From the human T2T-CHM13v2.0 reference genome, Homo sapiens, in assembly GCF_009914755.1 (NCBI RefSeq), contig NC_060931.1: a DNA stretch of 64,000 nucleotides. One strand, given 5' to 3'. Positions 57,551-64,000 of the stretch are shown here, one piece after another (position 1 is the first letter of the stretch; each line of letters begins with the position of its first letter). The notes beneath the pieces were generated by a model. It was not told the origin of the DNA, did no database searches, and worked only from the letters and a program-made list of their open reading frames with translations. The position numbers were made by a program, and so were the translations under genes.

Positions 57551-57985
57551 ACAGATCCCTCCTTTGCTCTTTAAATATTTGGCATGTTATCACCACCCTC
57601 TTTTTTGTGTGGAGTCCCAATAATGGAAATCATCCTTTTTAGGTGATTCAGATAATTTTGAAGATCTGCAGCAGGGTTCAACCAGAGTTTACTTTGCACG
57701 TTGATTTAATAGGTGAGAGCTGGAAGCTCACAAATGCCATATGCAAATTTGTTCTAAATGAGCTCTAAATATGGATTTGGAACTAATTGTTCTGGCATCT
57801 ATTTCAATGAGATAAAGCATTGGACAAATATATTTCAAAGTGAGGAAGAGGATGTTTTAGCATTGTTCCCAGGAAAATGAGCTCTAGCATGCAGGTAATT
57901 CAGAAAAGGAGGACACTTAATGTGAAGCTTCATATGAGAAAACAGAATGTTGGCTGAATCATTATTTAGAAATAATAGAACTGTG

Positions 57986-58262
<277 letters not shown>

Positions 58263-59512
58263 TTAGTGTCAAATCACCTGTACCAGTAAATTTTTAGTGT
58301 GGAACATTTAAAAATGAACTTTTATTATTTAAGTATATTGTTTACACAGAAAAATGCACAAATCACAGAGTGCAACCAGATGAGTTATCACAATGTCAGC
58401 ACATTTGAGTGCTCGCCACCCAGATCAAGAGATAGCAGGGAAGTACCCCTTCTTCCCCTAATTGCTCCCACTCCTCCCATGCCTTCAGTGGTAACCACTG
58501 GCAGGGCTTGCAACATCATAGATCAGTTTTCCCTGTATTTAAACTTCATATAAATGTAACCACACAGTGAATTCTTTGTTTTTGGCTTCTTTTCTCAATA
58601 CTATGTTTGTGAAATGCATCTATGTTTTTGCATGTAACATTATTTCATTCATTTTCATTGTTAAAGAGCAACTACGCGTCCATATTTTTTTTAAAAAAGA
58701 ATACATTTTATTGTTAAGCCACATCAAGGATTATTTCCAGATTTTGACTACTGTGCTTTTTTCTGTTATGAACATTCTTGTAGTATTTTTGGCACATATA
58801 CATATGCATTTTCTGTTGGGTACATATCTAATAATGAAATTGCTGCATCATGAGACAAAGGAATGTTGAGCTTGAGAAGTAAAGCTTTAGCTGTACCACT
58901 AGCAGCGTATGCAAATTCTATTTGCTCCACATCCTCCTCAATACTTGGTATTGTGGTTTTTTTAATTTTAGCCATTTGGTATATATTTAGTGGTATTCCA
59001 TGGCTGTTTTTAATTATCATTTACCAAGTGACTAATTTAGATGAGTAACATCGCCTGTACTTATGAGAAAACCTTCTTTTGCAAATTGCTTATCCAGGTA
59101 TTTTGTATGTACTAATTTTATTATATTATCTATCTTTTTTCTCATTTATACATATTTGATATGAATCTTTGGTCAGTTATATGAACTACAAATATCTGCT
59201 TTCATTCCATGGTTTCTCTTTTTACTGTCTTGATATCTTTGATGAGTATAAAGTCTTATTTTAAAGTAGTTTGACTCAGTCTCCTTTTTAGTGATTAGTG
59301 AGTTTTGTATTCTTAAAAAATTTTTCCTATACTCCAAGGTAAAGAAGATAATCTTTGTTATCTTCTAGAAGCCTTATTGTCTCACTTTTCACATTTAGGT
59401 CAACAATCTATCTGGAACTGATTTTTTGCAAATAATGTGAGGTAGAAACTCAAGATTCATTTTTCCCCCTGATTTGAATGTTTAATCGACCCAACATCAT
59501 TTATTAAAAAGA

Positions 59513-59612
59513 CTTCCTTCCTTCTTTCCTTCCTTCCTTCCTTCCTTCCTTCCTTCTCTCCCTCCCTCTCTCCCTGTCTTTCTTTCTTTCCCTCTTTCTT
59601 CTCTTCTTCTTC
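59513..59612. repeat. (CCTT)n/CT-rich tract
   Basis: Polypyrimidine repeat. Confidence 0.9.
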
Positions 59613-60676
59613 CCCACTGCTTTACATTGCCACCGTTTTTGTAAATAAGTGTTCATCTATGCGTGTGGATCATTTGCTGGACTCTATACTATATTTCTTT
59701 ATGATTGTGCTAATACCATGCAGTTTTAATAATTTTAGCTTTAAAATAAATCTTGGTATCTGGTAATTCAGTCTTTCAAATATTTTAATTTTCTTCCATT
59801 TTCTTGGACATTTAAGGCGCTTTACATTGCCATATAAATTTTTGGATTTACTTGTTAATTTTCACAAAATCATTTATTTGGGTTTTTATTAGGAATATAT
59901 TGAACATAGGTAGTTTTGGGGAAGCACTGCTATCTTCACAATATTGAACCTTTTTATGTGAAAGTAATGCATAGTCTTCCACCCACTGAGATCTTTGTTA
60001 ATTTCTCTCAATATTTTATATTATTCTACATTGAAGACTTGCTTATCTACTGTTAAATTTATTCCTAGGCATTGAAGTTTTTTCATTTTGATGCTAATTA
60101 AAATGGTATTATTTAAAAAAATTGTATTATTTGCTTCTTTGTTGCAAGTGTGAAATGCAATTGATTTTTGAAAATTAATATGTAACTTTTGGCTTTACAA
60201 TAGTTAACAAATTTATTCTATAAGTCTATCTATGGAGTCTTTGTATTTTATATGTATAAAATAATGTCCCTTGGAAATAAAGATTGTGTTATTTCTTTCT
60301 TTCCAATATTTATACCTTTTATTAATTATTTTGCCTCACTGCATTCTGTTAGGATCCAATAAAACATCTTTAGTAAGAGTGGCAACAGATGGCATCCTTG
60401 ACTTATACTTGCTACCAGGAGGAAAGCATTCAATATTTTCCCATTAAAGCAGGTCGTTTGCTGTAGGATTTTGTATGTATCCATCTATTCTTCATTTGTA
60501 GGTGCCTTTTAAAAAATCATGGATGGATGTTGAATTTTATCACGATTTTTCTGCCTCTGTTTGAGAAGATCCTATGATTTTTCTCCTCTATTTTGCCTAG
60601 GTGGTGAATTGCACTCACTGATTTTTACATGTGTTGTCTTCTTGGAATAATTCTCGCCTGACCATAATGCCATGCC

Positions 60677-60680
<4 letters not shown>

Positions 60681-60732
<52 letters not shown>

Positions 60733-60858
60733 TCTCATTCTGTTGCTCAGGCTGTAGTGCAGTGACTTGATCATAGTTCACTGCAGTGTTGAACTCCTGG
60801 GCTCTTGCTTTGACCTCCCAAAATGCTGGCATTACAGACTTGAGCCACCATGCCCAGC
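60681..60858 (-). mobile_element. Alu monomer (FLAM-like) with a (CA)19 tail
   Basis: (TG)19 at 60681-60718 abuts an Alu-monomer antisense sequence. Confidence 0.75.
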
Positions 60859-62929
60859 TATAATTTATATATATGTATCACTAGATTTTATTTGCTAATA
60901 TTTTGTTTACGAGTTTTGTGTCTATATAAATCAGAGTAGACTTTGCTTAGGTCCTTTATTATAATTTCCTCACTGGATTTTGCTATCAAAGTTACGATAA
61001 CCTCAAAACATGAGTTAGAAATCTTTTTTTTCTGTGCTCTGGAATAATATATGTAAAATTGATGTTATTTCTAAATGTTTAGAAGAATTCACATAAAATC
61101 ATTAGGCCTGGAAATTTGTTTTCAAAGGGTTGTAGTTACAGATTTCATTTCTTTTACTAGATATTAACTATTTGTATTATATATTTCTTCATGTGGCAGT
61201 ATAGTATATAAATTATGGCTTTTTAAATTATTTCACCATTTTATTGAAATCATTGCTCTAAAACTGTTATGATATCTTTTTGTTAGCATTTTATTACCTG
61301 AGGGATTTGTAGTTAAGCCCCTTCTTTAAAAAAATCTTGATACTTGGATTTTGTGCCCTCTTTCTTTTTTTCTCTATTTTTCTAGAGATTCATTGAATTT
61401 ATTAGTCTTTAAAAGAATGAACTTGTAGATTTATTTTCTCTTTTATATATTTGTTTTATCTTTCATTGACTTCTGCTTGATTTTTCTTCTTTCTTGCTGC
61501 TTACCTCGAGTTTCATTCATTTCACCTTTCCACCTCTACTATATGCATTTAAATATGACCTTAATTGTAATATTAAAGTTTTTATAAGTTGAATTTTCAT
61601 TATCATTCAAATAACAGTATTTCCTAATTTTCATTTGTACTCACATTTTAGCTTGTGATTTATTTAGAAGTATATTGAGTACTTTTCAAACATATAAAGG
61701 TTTTAACATTATCTTTTTGTTACTGATTTCTAGCCTAATTGTGCCTTTTATCAGAAAATATACTCTGTATAGTTTCAGTCTTATTATATTTGTTATATTT
61801 GCTTTATATCTACCATTGGGTTAATTGAGGTTGTTCATATGATGTGAATTCTGCATTTGCTGAGTATAAGGAATATGAATTAGGTCAAGTTTATTGATTG
61901 CCTTGTTCAAGTGTACTATATTCACATTGAATTTTTGTTTGCTTGTTGTATCACAGAGAGGTTTGTTAAAATCTTCTACTATGATAATAAATTTGTCCAT
62001 TTTCCCTTTCGTCATGTCATTGTTTTGCTTCACATATTTGAGACTAAAACTGCAACAAATTCAGAATTGTAATGTTTTAGAAAGATTGACACTTTTATTA
62101 TGAAATTACCTCTCTTTGTTGCCAATAATGTTTCTTGCCTTAAAGTCTAATCTGGTAAGTGCTCAGTGCATTTACATATTATTATCATCAAATTTGGGGT
62201 TTTAAATTTGCTCTCTTACTCTTTGTTTTCTACTTATCTATTCATTCTATATGTCTTTTCTGTACTTTTTGGCATTTTTTTGGATAATATTTCTTCATTC
62301 CATTTTTTCCTGTTTTATCTTGCTAATTTTGTTGTTATTTTTTAGTCACTATTCCAAAGATGATGGTGAGCATTCTTGATTGATTAAAGTCTAATGTTAA
62401 TTAGTACTTTTACCACCTTCAAGAAGATGCAAAGATTTTAGAACACTTGAATTCAATTTATATCTCTCCATGCTTTATCCCATTATTGTCAGGAATTTTG
62501 ACTCTACCTATATTTCAAATCCTGTTAGGTGATTACTATTGTTATTGTAAATCTTTGATATGTACATAGGTTTACCCACACATTTGCTCTTTCTATTGCT
62601 CTTGGTTTCTTTGTGCAGTTCTGGCTCTCACCTGGGATTGCCTTTGCACTTTTGGAATCACTCCTTTTAGCATTTCCCTTAGTTCATGTTGGTGGGTTAC
62701 AAATCATCATAGTTTCAGTTTGTCTGAAAATATTATTGTGTCATCAAGATGATGGATATTTTTATTGCATAAAGAACTCTAAATTAGCAGTTATTTTCTT
62801 TTACAATTTTGAAGATGTTGTTCCATTTCCTTTGGGTTCCATTGCTGTTGTTGAAAAGGCTGTCTTCAATCTTATTGTTGCACACTTAAAAGTTTTTGCC
62901 TCCGAACAGATTTTAAGTTTTGTTTTTGT

Positions 62930-63015
62930 TTTTTCTTTAGAGATGGAGGTCTCACTATGTTGCTTAGGCTGGTCTCAAACTCCTGGCTGAAAGCAATCCT
63001 ATCATCTCAGCTTCT
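62930..63015 (-). mobile_element. Alu monomer fragment
   Basis: AGAGATGGAGGTCTCACTATGTTGC..GGCTGGTCTCAAACTCCTGG. Confidence 0.7.
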
Positions 63016-63275
63016 CGTGTAACATAATTTTAAAATTTCTTTCTTCATTTTTTTATTTCATATATTGGACCTTGGTAGAGTTTTTGTTGTTGTTTCTATT
63101 CTCTTTGGGATTCATAGTGCTTCTTGAGTCTATGTCTTTTTTTATTATGATTTTTTAAAAAATGTATTGCCCTTTAAAATATCGTTTCTTCCAAATTCTT
63201 CCTCTTGTTTCTTTCCAGAGCAACATTATAGGCATGTTAAAACTTTGCCCTATGTCTTTCATGACTTTTGTGTGA

Positions 63276-63687
<412 letters not shown>

Positions 63688-64000
63688 TAATCTTCTATTA
63701 GTCTTCATCAGTTAAGTAACTTTAGTTGTTTTATTTTTCAGTTTCAGAATTTCTATTTTATTAAAAAAATTCTCTAGTGTAAATTTTCTATATTTTGTGT
63801 ACTCTCTTCAAACAATTGATTACAGCTATTTTAAAACCAATCAATTCTGAATGCCCTTGTGCATTTGTTTCTATTTTCTGTTTATTTTCATGGTCTGTTT
63901 TTCTAGACTTATCTTCAGACATGGCTTTTAATAGTTATTGAAATTTGGACATTGTGTTTAAAAAGTTTGAGAGTCAATTCATTGATCTGGTTAGTGTTAT

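Overview
AT-rich primate (human/great-ape-like) genomic DNA, mostly interspersed repeats: L1s of many ages (mostly on the minus strand), about 10 Alus plus Alu monomers, many solo ERV/MaLR LTRs, Tigger/hAT DNA transposons and L2/L3/MIR relics. I see no intact protein-coding gene, rRNA, tRNA or CRISPR array, and most ORF-track ORFs lie in repeats. I find no convincing novel multi-gene system. The best-supported unusual structure is an L1PA4-like insertion carrying a ~454-bp 3' transduction, with its own AATAAA, poly(A) and TSD (33108-35978). Other notable points: a young L1 5'UTR with a frameshifted ORF0; a full-length L1PA10-12-like element with a perfect 15-bp TSD; a MER41 LTR whose two GAS sites both have TTC-N4-GAA spacing; a close inverted AluY pair; three locally templated hairpin scars; and unidentified exon-like segments on both strands in the repeat-free islands (possible decayed gene or lncRNA, low confidence). 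Subfamily names come from recalled consensus sequences, and boundaries of old elements are approximate.
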